A stretch of 64,000 bases of DNA, taken from the NCBI GenBank assembly GCA_964016885.1, contig OZ024743.1:143468001-143532000 (forward strand). The letters are read 5' to 3'. The notes under the pieces are model-generated. The model searched no databases, was not told the DNA's origin, and worked only from the letters and a program-made list of their open reading frames with translations. Made by a program: the position numbers and the translations under genes. Shown piece after piece: positions 51,495 to 64,000 of the stretch. Position 1 is the stretch's first letter, and each line of letters begins with the position of its first letter. This stretch comes from Eledone cirrhosa (taxonomy: Eukaryota).

Positions 51495-53275
51495 AGGTTA
51501 GTCGTTAGTGACATCTCAGTAAGCAAGAGAAAGAATGAGACATACAGGAAGGTCTGGAAGCTAAAAGACCTTTCATTAAAATATAAATTTAGCAAACCCA
51601 TCAAGATGTGTACGACGAAAAAGAAGACGATTTAGAGTTGTATGACATAGACGATAACAAGAATTTCTTGCGTGACAACTTACTGCAGGCTACTGAAGAA
51701 ACTTGTGGTTGGGGCAGAGCTTCAACCAGACAGAGAGTGACCTGGTAGTGGAACAGCACGGTAGATAAGGCCATTAGAGACAAAAGACTGGTATGGAAGG
51801 CTTGGAAAAATGTGGTGAGTAGAGACGGATACACAGCCGCTAAGAGAGAAGTAGACGTCAGGTGTACTTAGCCACAGGGAGGCTGAGAGTAGGAGGTTTG
51901 CCAATGTTCTGCGACGGGAAGATCAGAGACGTGCGGTGTTCCACATTGCAAGGCAGTATGTCAGTGCAAATCAGGATGTTGTTGGAGATTAGTGTGTCCG
52001 GAATGATGCTAGTGTACTTAGTGTCACGAATGATCAGAAAAAGGAGGCCTGGAAATGTCATTATGAGAGACTGATGAATGTAGAGAACGAATGGGACAGA
52101 GAGGAATTACCCCCAGTAGACCCGACAGAGGAACCAGCTATTGAGATTGACGAATATAGGGTACAAGAGGCAATTAAGGTAATGAAGAATGGTAGGGCTG
52201 CTGGACCATCGGAGATAGTTGCTGAGATGCTGAAGACATCAGAAGTAGGCACTAAACTAGTTGCACGCATCATTAATCAAGCTATATATGGTGGTGTCAT
52301 ACCCAAAGACTGGTGCAGCAGTATTCTCATAAATTACTACAAAGGTAATGGGGATGCTCTGGAGAGGAGCAATTATAGGGGCATAAAGCTGATGGATCAG
52401 GTTATGAAAGTGGCAGAGAGAATATTAGCGCTCTTGTTCATTATAGTCCAAGCCATAACAGAGGAGTTTAAGACTGGCTGTCCATGGGAACTTCTCTATG
52501 CTGACGATCTGGTTCTTATAGCAGAATCAGTAGAGGCGCTAGAGAATAAATTCTGGCTATGGAAACAGCAGTTGGAAGCAAGAGGACTGAGAGTGAACCT
52601 AGCTAAGACAAAAGTGTTGATGAGTAGAAAAGAGGACGAAACTCTGATTCCATCAGGGAAATGGCCATGTTCGATATGCAGAAAAGGAACTGGCATAAAT
52701 TCTATAAAATGCACACAATGCAGATCCTGGGTACACAAGAGATAGTGGGATAGCAGGCAAACTAACAGGTAGGGAGAAATATGTATGCAGTAGCTGTACA
52801 GGGAAATTAGACAGTAGAAGTCGCATTGATAGACACATTTTTCAAATGCAGGCGGTTGCTATAGAAGTGTTGGATAGCTTCCGGTACCTAGGAGATCAGA
52901 TTAGCATGAGGGGGGAGGGGTTCCGAGGGCATAGTATCTAGAAGACCCGACCCCCCACGAGTACGAGCCGAAGCTGAAGCATATAGACAATATGCCCCCA
53001 CACCCTCCCACTGCAAAGTGGTCGTGGTGGTGCCATGGCAAAAAAGCACCCATCCCACACTGTAAAGTGGACGTGTAGGCACCACGGTAAAAAAGCACCC
53101 AGCACTCACTGTAAATGAGGTTGCTGTTAGGAAGGGCATCCAGCTTTAGAAATCAAGCCAGAATCAGTTCCCGTATGAGCAAGACAAGGTCAGCCGACCG
53201 GACACTTCCCACAACAGGACAACCCATCTAACCCATGCTAGCGTGGAAGAACGGACATAAAATGGTGATGATGAT
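51495..53275 (+). mobile_element. Degenerate, internally deleted RTE LINE
   Basis: NYRGIKLMDQVMK fused directly to [20 protein letters not shown]; 3' tail ends in (GAT)n. Confidence 0.8.
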
Positions 53276-53765
53276 ATATCATATACACTACATATATTTA
53301 TATATATATATCGTATACACTATATATATTTATATATATTGTATACACTATATATATTTATATATATCATCATCATAGTTTAACATCTTTCTTCCACACT
53401 AGCATGGGTTTATCCCATTTAGAGGCAAGTTGGGTCGGGAGAGCGTTTCTCGCTCATATAGGACTGTTTGTGGCTGGTTTTCTACGGCTGATGTCCTTCC
53501 AGTGCTTTTTGCAGTGTCTCCTACATGACCACTTTACAGTGTGGACTAGGTGCTTTTACATGACCACTTCAGTGTGGGCTGGGTGTTTTGTGAGACCAAC
53601 ATAATGTAGCATGGAAGAACAGACGTGAAACGGTGGTGATGATGATGATGATGATATACACATACATATATATACACATACATATATATACACACATATA
53701 TATACACACATATATATACACACATATATATATACACACATATATATACACACATATATATACAC

Positions 53766-53796
<31 letters not shown>

Positions 53797-53825
53797 CACA
53801 CACATATATATATATACACATATGT

Positions 53826-54150
53826 GGAGGCTCATGGCTTAGTGGTTAGAGCATTGGCCTTGCAATCAAAAGGTTGTGAGTTCAATGTGATGTGTTGTTT
53901 CCTTGAGCAAGACACTTTATTTCACATTGCTCCAGTTTACTCAGCTGTAGAAATGAGATGATAGGGACTGGGGTCCATATCATTCCACTGCAAAGTGGAC
54001 GTGTCGGCGTCACGGCAAAAAAGCACCCAGCACTCAATGTAAATGAGGTTGGTGTTAGGAAGGGCATCCAGCTGTAGAAATCAAGCCAGAATCAGTTCCC
54101 GTCCCACCCTTGCAAGCAGGGAAAAGCGGACGTAAAATGATGATGATGAT
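53826..54150 (+). mobile_element. tRNA-derived SINE with RTE tail
   Basis: Same family as 25933-26265; lies within TA/CA microsatellite. Confidence 0.85.
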
Positions 54151-54216
54151 ATATATATATACACACATATATATATACACATATATACATATATATACAC
54201 ACATATATATATACAC

Positions 54217-54253
<37 letters not shown>

Positions 54254-54258
54254 TATAT

Positions 54259-54642
54259 ACTCTTTTACCTGTTCCAGCCATCCGGCTGAGGCCATGCTGG
54301 GGCACCGCCCTTGTTGCTACATATTTTATCTCCAGCCTGTATTGGTTGGCTACTGGTGTAAGAGGGAGTTTGTTGCTGCTGCCCTTAGGTTTCCCTCGTG
54401 CCTTGCTGTGGGCTCATCCGGGATCCTGGATAGCAAGGTGTCGAGATGTTTCTTGAAGATATCCACCTCCACACCATGCAAATCTCTCAGATCCCTCGGC
54501 TGCTTGTTGAAGAGTTGATGGCCCTTGAATCCCAGGCTATTGCAATACCTGGTCCTTATTCTAGATGTGGAAGACGGGACCTTTGGCACCACACAGCGAC
54601 GTCCTGTTCGACGGTTGGTCCAGCTCCCAATGCCAAAGTTTG

Positions 54643-54645
<3 letters not shown>
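54259..54645 (-). mobile_element. CR1-like LINE 3' end
   Basis: NSLGFKGHQLFN...FKKHLDTLLSRIPDEP...AAATNSLLHQ then a short 3' UTR. Confidence 0.7.
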
Positions 54646-54676
<31 letters not shown>

Positions 54677-54678
<2 letters not shown>

Positions 54679-56357
54679 TCATCATCATCATCATCATCAT
54701 CGTTTAACGCCCATCTTCCACGCTTGCATGGGTTTGGACGGGAGTTTTCCCACTTGAGGCAAGATTGGTTGTCCTGCTCGTATAGGACTGTCTGGCGGGT
54801 TTCCTACGGCTGGATGCCCTTCCTAACACCAACCACGTTTACAGTGTGGACTAGGAGGTTTTTACCGTGTTACCTACACGGCCACATTACAGCGTTGACT
54901 GTGTTTTTTTGTCGTGACACCTACACGTCTGGCGAGTTTTCTACGGCTGGGTGCCCTTCCCAACACCAACCACGTTTACAGTGTGGACTGGGAGGTTTTT
55001 ACCGTGTTGCCTACACGGCCACATTACAGCGTGGACTGTGTATTTTTTTTGTCGTGACACCTACACGACCTCATTTGTTTCGGACTGGATGTTGTGGTAC
55101 CAACATAACTTCACATTTTAGGGGGTGGTGTGGATGGGGTGGGGGTAGTGGGACGTGGGTGTATTTTGTTAGAGGTGCCTACTGACTGTAGTAGGTTTCA
55201 CTTTGTACTTAGGCAAGGCGGGTCTTCTGTATAACTGTGTAGCACCAAAGATCTCGGTCCAGTGACATTGTCTTGGAGAGGTGTAAGTGTGAGAGGTCGG
55301 AATTTATCAAGTCGTCCCAAGTTTTTCTGGGTCTGCCTACTCCATGGCTACCGTCTATTTTTATCGCCCTGCACTTTTTTATACAGCTGTCGTCTTTCAT
55401 GCGCATCACGTGTCCATACCAACGTAGTCTTTTCTCGAGTAAACAACATCTGATCCCTCTTATTCTTAATTTCTCCCTTAGTTCGTTTATGCTTTGCCGT
55501 TCACGTATATTACTATTACACATCCAGCGGAGCATGCAAGCTTCGTTTCTCTCCAGTCTGCGTATATCCTCTGCACACAATGCCCAGGTCTCACTGCCAT
55601 GTAACATTGCTGTTCGTATGCAGGCATCATACAGCCTGCCTTTCATTTTTAGAGAGAACCCTTTAGCGGCCAATAGTGGTATAAGTTCTCTGAACTTCTT
55701 CCATCCCGTTCTGACTCTAGCTACTGTACTTTCAGAGCACCCTCCCCCACTGCTGATTTTGTCACCCAGGTAACGGAAGGTGTCCACTATTTCTATAGAA
55801 CCATCTGTGCAATGGAATGAGCTAGTATTCTGTGGGCACTTGCTGCTACTTATTGCACCAGAGCACTGGCCACATATAAAATCTATATTCTTAGTTAGCT
55901 TACCTGTGATGCCACATCTTTTATGCACCCATACTTTGCATTTGGGACATAAAATGGAGTTTCTGCCTACTCCTTTCCTACACACTGAGCATGGCCATTT
56001 ACCAGATGGGACCGGTACCCTATTTTCGATCCTACAAACTAGAACTTCAGTCTTAGACAAGTTAACTTTAAGGCCTTTTTATTCTAGGCCATGCTTCCAT
56101 GTTTCGAATTTCTTCTCTAGTTCAGCCATTGATTCAGCTATGAGCATTAGATCATCTGCATATAGGAGTTCCCATGGGAAGCCAGTCTTGAACTCCTCTG
56201 TTATAGCCTGAAGGGCAAAAATAAATAGTAGGGGGCTAAGAACGGAGCCCTGATGAACACCAACTTTTACGCTAAAATCTTCACTATATTCGTTGTTAAT
56301 TCTAACCTTGCTGACTGTTTCTTTGTACATGGCTTGTATAGCTCTCACGAGCCATTC
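54677..56357 (-). mobile_element. 5'-truncated RTE LINE
   Basis: [16 protein letters not shown]-like finger, duplicated 3' UTR block, (CAT)n on + strand. Confidence 0.9.
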
Positions 56358-56697
56358 ATATATATATATACATATATATACATATATATACATACATATA
56401 TATGCATATATACATACATATACATACATATATATGCATATATACATACATATATATGCATATATACATACATATATACATACATATACATGCATATATA
56501 CATACACATATACATACATATATATGCATATATACATACATATATACATACATACATATATACATACATATATACATATATACATACATACATATATACA
56601 TACATATATACATACATATATACATACATATATACATACATATATACATACATATATATATACATACATATATATATACATACATATATACATACAT
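56358..56697. repeat. Compound (TA)/(TACA) microsatellite
   Basis: Direct inspection. Confidence 0.95.
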
Positions 56698-56700
56698 CTA

Positions 56701-57112
56701 TGGTGGCTGCCAACTCATTTTCGAGTACGGCCACCACTTCATATCCATGTAGGAGAACCCCTACCGATGCGCTGAACGACTGACTTTTTAGTCCAGCCAG
56801 CGACTTGAAGACTCTGGTACAAACACTTGTGACAATTGTGACAATTATTGACACATAGTGCTGGGCCCATGGTACCATGTGACGACAAGTGCAGAGAGAT
56901 CTCCAGATATAAAGCAATGCCTGTGCCGGGAAGCTTTTATAGTGAGCAAAGGCACTGCACAAAGCCAGTCCCAGTCTCTTAACCAAGATGATATATACCA
57001 AGAAGAAGAACAAGTCAACATCATTGGATACCATCAGGGTTACAGGTGTTATATCAGAGTTTTCCTTCTCCTAGAATTCTGCCTTGACAAAGGCTAAGGG
57101 GTCATCTCTCCC
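56701..57112 (-). mobile_element. Short non-autonomous RTE-like element, 5'-truncated copy
   Basis: Highly similar to 59898-60305; remnant [13 protein letters not shown]; 3' end gtggccgtactcgaaaatgagttggcagccacca. Confidence 0.6.
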
Positions 57113-57982
57113 ATACATATATACATACATATATACATACATATATACATACATACATATATACATATATATATACATACATATATATATACATACATAT
57201 ATATATACATACATACATATATATATACATATATACATACATACATATATACATACATATATATATACATACATATATATATACATACATATATATATAC
57301 ATACATATATATATACATACATACATATATACATACATACATATATACATACATACATATATACATATATACATACATGTATATACATACATGTATATAC
57401 ATACATGTATATACATACATGTATATACATACATGTATATACATACATGTATATACATACATGTATATACATACATGTATATACATACATGTATATACAT
57501 ACATGTATATATATATACATATATACATACATATAAATATACATACATATATACATACATATATACATACATATATACATACATATATACATACATATAT
57601 ACATATACATATATACATACATATATACATACATATATACATACATATATACATACATATATACATACATATATACATACATATATACATACATATATAC
57701 ATACATATATACATACATACATACATATATACATACATACATACATATATATATACATACATATATACATACATATATACATACATATATACATACATAT
57801 ATATATACATACATATATTCATACATACATATATACATACATATATACATATATACATACATATATATATACATACATATATATATACATATATATATAC
57901 ATATATATATACATATATACATACATATATATACATATATACATACATATATATACATATATACATACATATATATACATAT
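57113..57982. repeat. Compound (TA)/(TACA) microsatellite
   Basis: Direct inspection. Confidence 0.95.
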
Positions 57983-58315
57983 TTTCACTTCATTTTACGT
58001 CCACATTTCCCTGCTTGCAAGGGTGGGACGGGAACTGATTCTGGCATGATTTCTACAGCTGGATGCCCTTCCTAACACCAACCTCATTTACAGTGAGTGC
58101 TGGGTGCTTTTTTGCCGTGGCACCTCCACGACCACTTTGCAGTGGAATGATAGGAACCCCAGTCCCTATCATCTCATTTCTACAGCTGAGTAAACTGGAG
58201 CAATGTGAAATGAAGTGTCTTGCTCAAGGAAACAACACATCACCCGGTATGAGAATTGAACTCACAACCTTTCGATTGCAAGGCCAATGCTCAAACCACT
58301 AAGCCATGTGCCTCC
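57983..58315 (-). mobile_element. tRNA-derived SINE with RTE tail
   Basis: Very similar to 25933-26265. Confidence 0.85.
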
Positions 58316-58348
<33 letters not shown>

Positions 58349-58644
58349 CATATATATACATATATACACATATATATACATATATACACACATATATACA
58401 TATATACACATATATACATACATATATATATACACACATATATAAATACATATATATATACACACATATATACATACATATATATATACACACATATATA
58501 CATACATATATATATACATATATATACATATATAAAATATATATACACATATATACACATATATACACATATATACACATATATATACATATATACACAT
58601 ATATACATACATATATACATACATATATACACATATATACATAC

Positions 58645-58677
<33 letters not shown>

Positions 58678-59454
58678 CACATATATACATACATATATAC
58701 ATACATATATACACATATATACATACATATATACACATATATACATACATATATACACATATATACATACATATATACACATATATACATACATATATAC
58801 ACATATATACATATATATACACATATATACACATATATACATATATATATACACATATATACATATATATACATACATATATACATATATATACATACAT
58901 ATATATACACATATATACATATATATATACACATATATACATATATATACATACATATATATACACATATATACATACATATATACATATATACACATAT
59001 ATACATACATATATACATATATACACATATATATACATATATACACATATATACATACATATATATATACATATATACATACATATATATATATACATAT
59101 ATACATACATATATATATACACATATATACATACATATATATATACACATATATACATACATATATATATACATATATATACACATATATATATACATAT
59201 ATATACACATATATATATACATATATATACACATATATACACATATATATACCTATATATACATATACATATACATATATATACATATACATATACATAT
59301 ATATACATATACATATATATACATATACATATACATATATATACATATATACATACATATATATATACATATATACATACATATATATATACATATATAT
59401 ATACATACATATATATATACATACATATATATACATATACATACATATATATAC

Positions 59455-59491
<37 letters not shown>

Positions 59492-59492
59492 C

Positions 59493-59529
<37 letters not shown>

Positions 59530-59601
59530 CATATATACATACATATATATACATATATACATACATACATATACATATATACATACATATACATATATAC
59601 A

Positions 59602-59632
<31 letters not shown>

Positions 59633-59751
59633 ACATATATACATACATATATACATACATATATACATACATATATATATACATATATACATACATATAT
59701 ACATACATATATATACATATATATACATACATATATATATATACATACATA

Positions 59752-59821
<70 letters not shown>

Positions 59822-59897
59822 CATACATATATATATATATATACATACATATATACATACATATATACATACATATATACATACATATATACATACA
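58316..59897. repeat. ~1.6 kb compound TA/CA microsatellite
   Basis: Direct inspection. Confidence 0.95.
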
Positions 59898-60504
59898 TGG
59901 TGGCTGCCAACTCGTTTTCGAGTACGGCCACTACTTTATATCCATATAGGAGAACCCCTACCGATGCGCTGAACGAGTGACTTTTTAGTCCAGCCAGCGA
60001 CTTGAAAACTCTGGTACAAACACTACACTTGTGACAAATATTGACACATAGTGCTGGGCCCATGGTACCATGTGACGACAAGTGCAGAGAGATCTCCAGA
60101 TATAAAGCAATGCCTGTGCCGTGAAGCTTTTATAGTGAGCAAAGGCACTGCACAAAGCCAGTCCCACTCTCTTAACCAAGATGATATTTACCAAAAAGAA
60201 GAACAAGTCAACATCATTGGATACCATCAGGGTTGCAGGTATTATATCAGAGTTTTCCATCTCCTAGAATTCTGCCTTGACAAAGGCTAAGGGGTCATCT
60301 CTCCCGGTGATTTTGGATGGCCATTGACTCTTAAGAGCTCCTTTGCCCTTTGACAGGTTTTGTTTTTAGTCCTGCAGGATGTCCAAAGTCACCCTCCTCA
60401 CCAAGAAACCTTGGTGGGGTTGCCAGTTTAGTCGCCAACGACCCGACCATGGGTCAGGTTGTACTGGGATACATGTTACCAGTAGCACCAACTGGTGACC
60501 TGAC
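59898..60504 (-). mobile_element. Short non-autonomous RTE-like element, longer copy
   Basis: Structured GC-rich 5' part, zinc-finger remnant [17 protein letters not shown], 3' end running into (ATGT)n. Confidence 0.6.
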
Positions 60505-60506
60505 AT

Positions 60507-61061
60507 AATATATATACATACATACATACATACATACATACATACACATACATACATATATATATACACATACATACATACATACACATACATACATATA
60601 CACATACATACATACATACATACATACACATACAAACATATATATATACACATACATACATACATACACATACATACATATATATATACACATACATACA
60701 TATATATATACACATACATACATATATATATACATATATACATACATATATACATACACATATATATACATATACACATACATATATATATACATACATA
60801 TATATATACATACATATATATATATACACATATATATATATATATACACACATACATATATATATATACATATATACATACATATATATATACATATATA
60901 CATACATATATACATACATATATACATACATATACATACATATATACATACATATACATACATACATATATATATATACATACATATACATACATACATA
61001 TATATATATATACATATATACATACATATATACATATATACATATATACATACATATATAT
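60507..61061. repeat. Compound (TACA)/(TA) microsatellite
   Basis: Direct inspection. Confidence 0.95.
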
Positions 61062-62446
61062 TTATTATTGCCCTTCAGGCTATAACAGAGGAGTTCAAGA
61101 CAGGCTGCCCATGGGAACTCCTATACGCAGACGACCTGACACTCATAGCGGAATCAATGGCCGAGCTAGAGAAGAAATTCCAAACATGGAAGCACGGCCT
61201 AGAGTCAAAAGGACTTAAAATTAACCTGGCTAAGACCAAAGTTCTAGTTTGTAGGAAAGAAAACAAGGCGGCGGTCCCTTCTGGGAAACGGTCGTGCTCG
61301 GTATGTAGGAAAGGCGTAGGTAGAAACTCCATCTTATGTCCTAAATGCAAAGTATGGGTGCATAAAAGATGTAGTGGGATCACAGGTAAGCTAACTAAGA
61401 ACATAGACTTTACATGTGGCCGGTGTTCTGGTGCAATAAGTAGCAGCAAGTGCCCACAAAATACTAGCTCTTTCAATTGCGCAGAGGGTTCTATAGAAAT
61501 AGTGGACAGCTTCCGTTACCTGGGCGATAAAATCAGCAGTGGGGGAGGGTGCTCTGAAAGTACTGTAGCTAGAGTCAGAACTGGTTGGAAAAAGTTCAGA
61601 GAGCTTATACCACTATTAGCTGCTAAAGGGTTCTCTCTAAAAATGAAAGGCAGGTTGTACGATGCCTGCATACGAACAGCAATGTTGCATGGTAGTGAGA
61701 CCTGGGCATTGTGTGCAGAGGATATACGCAGACTAGAGAGGAACGAAGCTTGCATGCTCCGCTGGATGTGTAACAGTAATATACGTGAACGGCAAAGCAT
61801 AAACGAACTAAGGAAAAAATTAGAGATAAGAGGGATCAGATGTTGTTTACTCGAGAGAAGGCTGCGTTGGTATGGACACGTGATGCGCATGAAAGTCGAT
61901 AGCTGTATTACAAAGTGCAGGGCAATAAAGATAGACGGTAGCCACGGAATAGGCAGACCTAGAAAAACATGGGATGAGCTGATAAACTCCGACCTCACAC
62001 ACTTACACCTCTCCAAGACAATGTCACTGGACCGTGACCTTTGACGGTACTCAGTAACAGAGAAGACCCGCCTTGCCAGTAGGCATATCTAACAAAATAC
62101 ACCCCTCCCGCCGCCACCCCCACCCCATCCACACCACCCCGTTCTATGTAAAGTTATGTTGGTGCCGCGCCATCCAGGCCGAAACAAATGAGATCGTGTA
62201 GGTGTCACGACAAAAAAACACACAGTCCACGCTGTAATGTGGCCGTGTAGGCAACACGGTAAAAACCTCCCAGACCCACACTGTAAATGTGGTTGGTGTT
62301 AGGAAGGGCATCCAACTGTAGAAAACCTGCCAGACAGTCCTATGCGAGCAAGACAATCACTCTTGCCTCAAGTGGGACTACCCCCGTCCAAACCCATGCA
62401 AGCGTGGAACACGGACGTTAAACGTTGATGATGATGATGATGATGA
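61062..62446 (+). mobile_element. 5'-truncated RTE LINE, near-identical to 42975-44358
   Basis: Colinear with few substitutions; premature TGA at 62042. Confidence 0.92.
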
Positions 62447-62609
62447 TATATACATATATACATACATATATACATACATATATACATACATATATACATA
62501 CATATACATACATATATACATACATATATACATATATACTTACATATATATACATATATACTTACATATATATACATATATACTTACATATATATACATA
62601 TATACTTAC

Positions 62610-62640
<31 letters not shown>

Positions 62641-63200
62641 CATACATATATACATATATACATACATATATACATATATACATACATATATACATATATA
62701 CATACATATATATACATATATACATACATATATATACATATATACATACATATATATACATATATACATACATATATATACATATATACATACATATATA
62801 TACATATATACATACATATATATACATATATACATACATATATACATACATATATATACATATATACATACATATATATACATATATACATACATATATA
62901 TACATATATACATACATATATATACATATATACATACATATATATATACATATATATATACATATATATACATATATATATACATATATATACATATATA
63001 CATACATATATATACATATATACATACATATATATACATATATACATACATATATATACATATATATACATATATACATACATATATATACATATATATA
63101 CATACATATATATACATATATACATACATATATATACATATATATATACATATATATATACATATATACATATACATATATACATACATATATATACATA
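62447..63200. repeat. Compound TA/TACA microsatellite
   Basis: Direct inspection. Confidence 0.95.
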
Positions 63201-64000
63201 TCATCATCATCATCATCTTCACCGTTTTACGTCCGTTCTTCCACGCTAGCATGGGTTAGACGGGTTGTCCTGTTGTGGGCAGTGTCTGGTCGGCTGACCC
63301 TGCCTTGCTCATACAGGAACTGATTTGGCTTGATTTCTACAGCTGGATGCCCTTCCTAACACCAACCTCATTTACAGTGAGTGCTGGGTGCTTTTTCGTG
63401 GCGCCTACACGTCCACTTTACAGTGTGGGCTGGGTGCTTTTTTGCCGTGGCACCTCCACGACCACCTTGCGGTGGGGGGTGTGGGGGCATATTGTCTATA
63501 TGCTTCAGCTTGTACCCATGGGAGGTCAGGTACTCTGTATTACTGCGTGACGCCAGAAGTCACGGTCGTGTGTCATTGCCTTTGAGAGGTGTAATTTGGT
63601 AAGGTCGGCTTTTATCACCTCATCCCAGGTCATCTTGGGTCTCCCCACTCCACGGTTCCCATCAACTTCTAGTGCTCTGCACCTTTTCATGCAGCTGTCA
63701 TCCTTCATACGCATCACATGTCCATACCAGCGCAACCGCCTCTCCTGCACACAGCATTTGATTTATCTTATGCTCAGTCACTCTCTCAATTCATTTATGC
63801 TTTGTCGTTCACGTATATTACTGTTACACATCCATCGGAGCATGCAGGCTTCGTTTCTCTCTAATCTACGTAAGTCCTCCACCTTCAGCGCCCAGGTCTC
63901 ACTACCATGCAACATTGCTGTTCGGATACACGCATCATACAGTCTGCCTTTCATTCTGAGGGAGAAGCCTTTTGCAGCTAGCAGTGGTAATAGTTCCCTA
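63201..64000 (-). mobile_element. RTE LINE 3' part (different subfamily), continues beyond the window
   Basis: [19 protein letters not shown], 3' tail and (CAT)n. Confidence 0.88.

Noticed and set aside
53826-53890. tRNA gene
   Set aside because: A and B boxes are present but there is no complete cloverleaf; it is a SINE head
60415-60504. HDV-like or twister ribozyme at the 5' end of the short RTE-like element
   Set aside because: Helices exist, but P3/L3/P1.1 or twister pseudoknot geometry could not be fitted by eye
56253-63252. Long Y/I/H/T and M/Y/V/C ORFs (up to 596 aa)
   Set aside because: Translations of TA/CA microsatellites that lack stop codons; not genes

Overview
Eukaryotic, AT-rich, microsatellite- and transposon-dense DNA, probably a cephalopod (octopus-like) genome; the taxon is inferred from the repeat landscape only. 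Two host genes lie convergently. On the + strand is the 3' part of ATAD3 (mitochondrial AAA+ ATPase; 9 coding exons, 4458-20705, all GT-AG and in phase). On the - strand is a GDP-fucose-transporter-like gene (SLC35C1 family, single coding exon 40010-41071). The rest is mobile DNA: a young 5'-truncated Tx1-type LINE in a (TATC)n tract, many copies of an RTE LINE whose ORF carries a PHD-like zinc finger, SINE families sharing LINE tails, hAT/piggyBac/Tc1 MITEs, a Helitron, HERO/CRE/CR1/Expander relics and long TA/CA microsatellites that generate spurious ORFs. The two most unusual items are a 431-bp near-perfect palindrome (47040-47470) with a type I hammerhead ribozyme motif in each arm (Penelope-like), and a 5S rRNA head fused to the RTE 3' tail (45211-45507, SINE3-like). 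All alignments and family assignments were made by eye or from memory.
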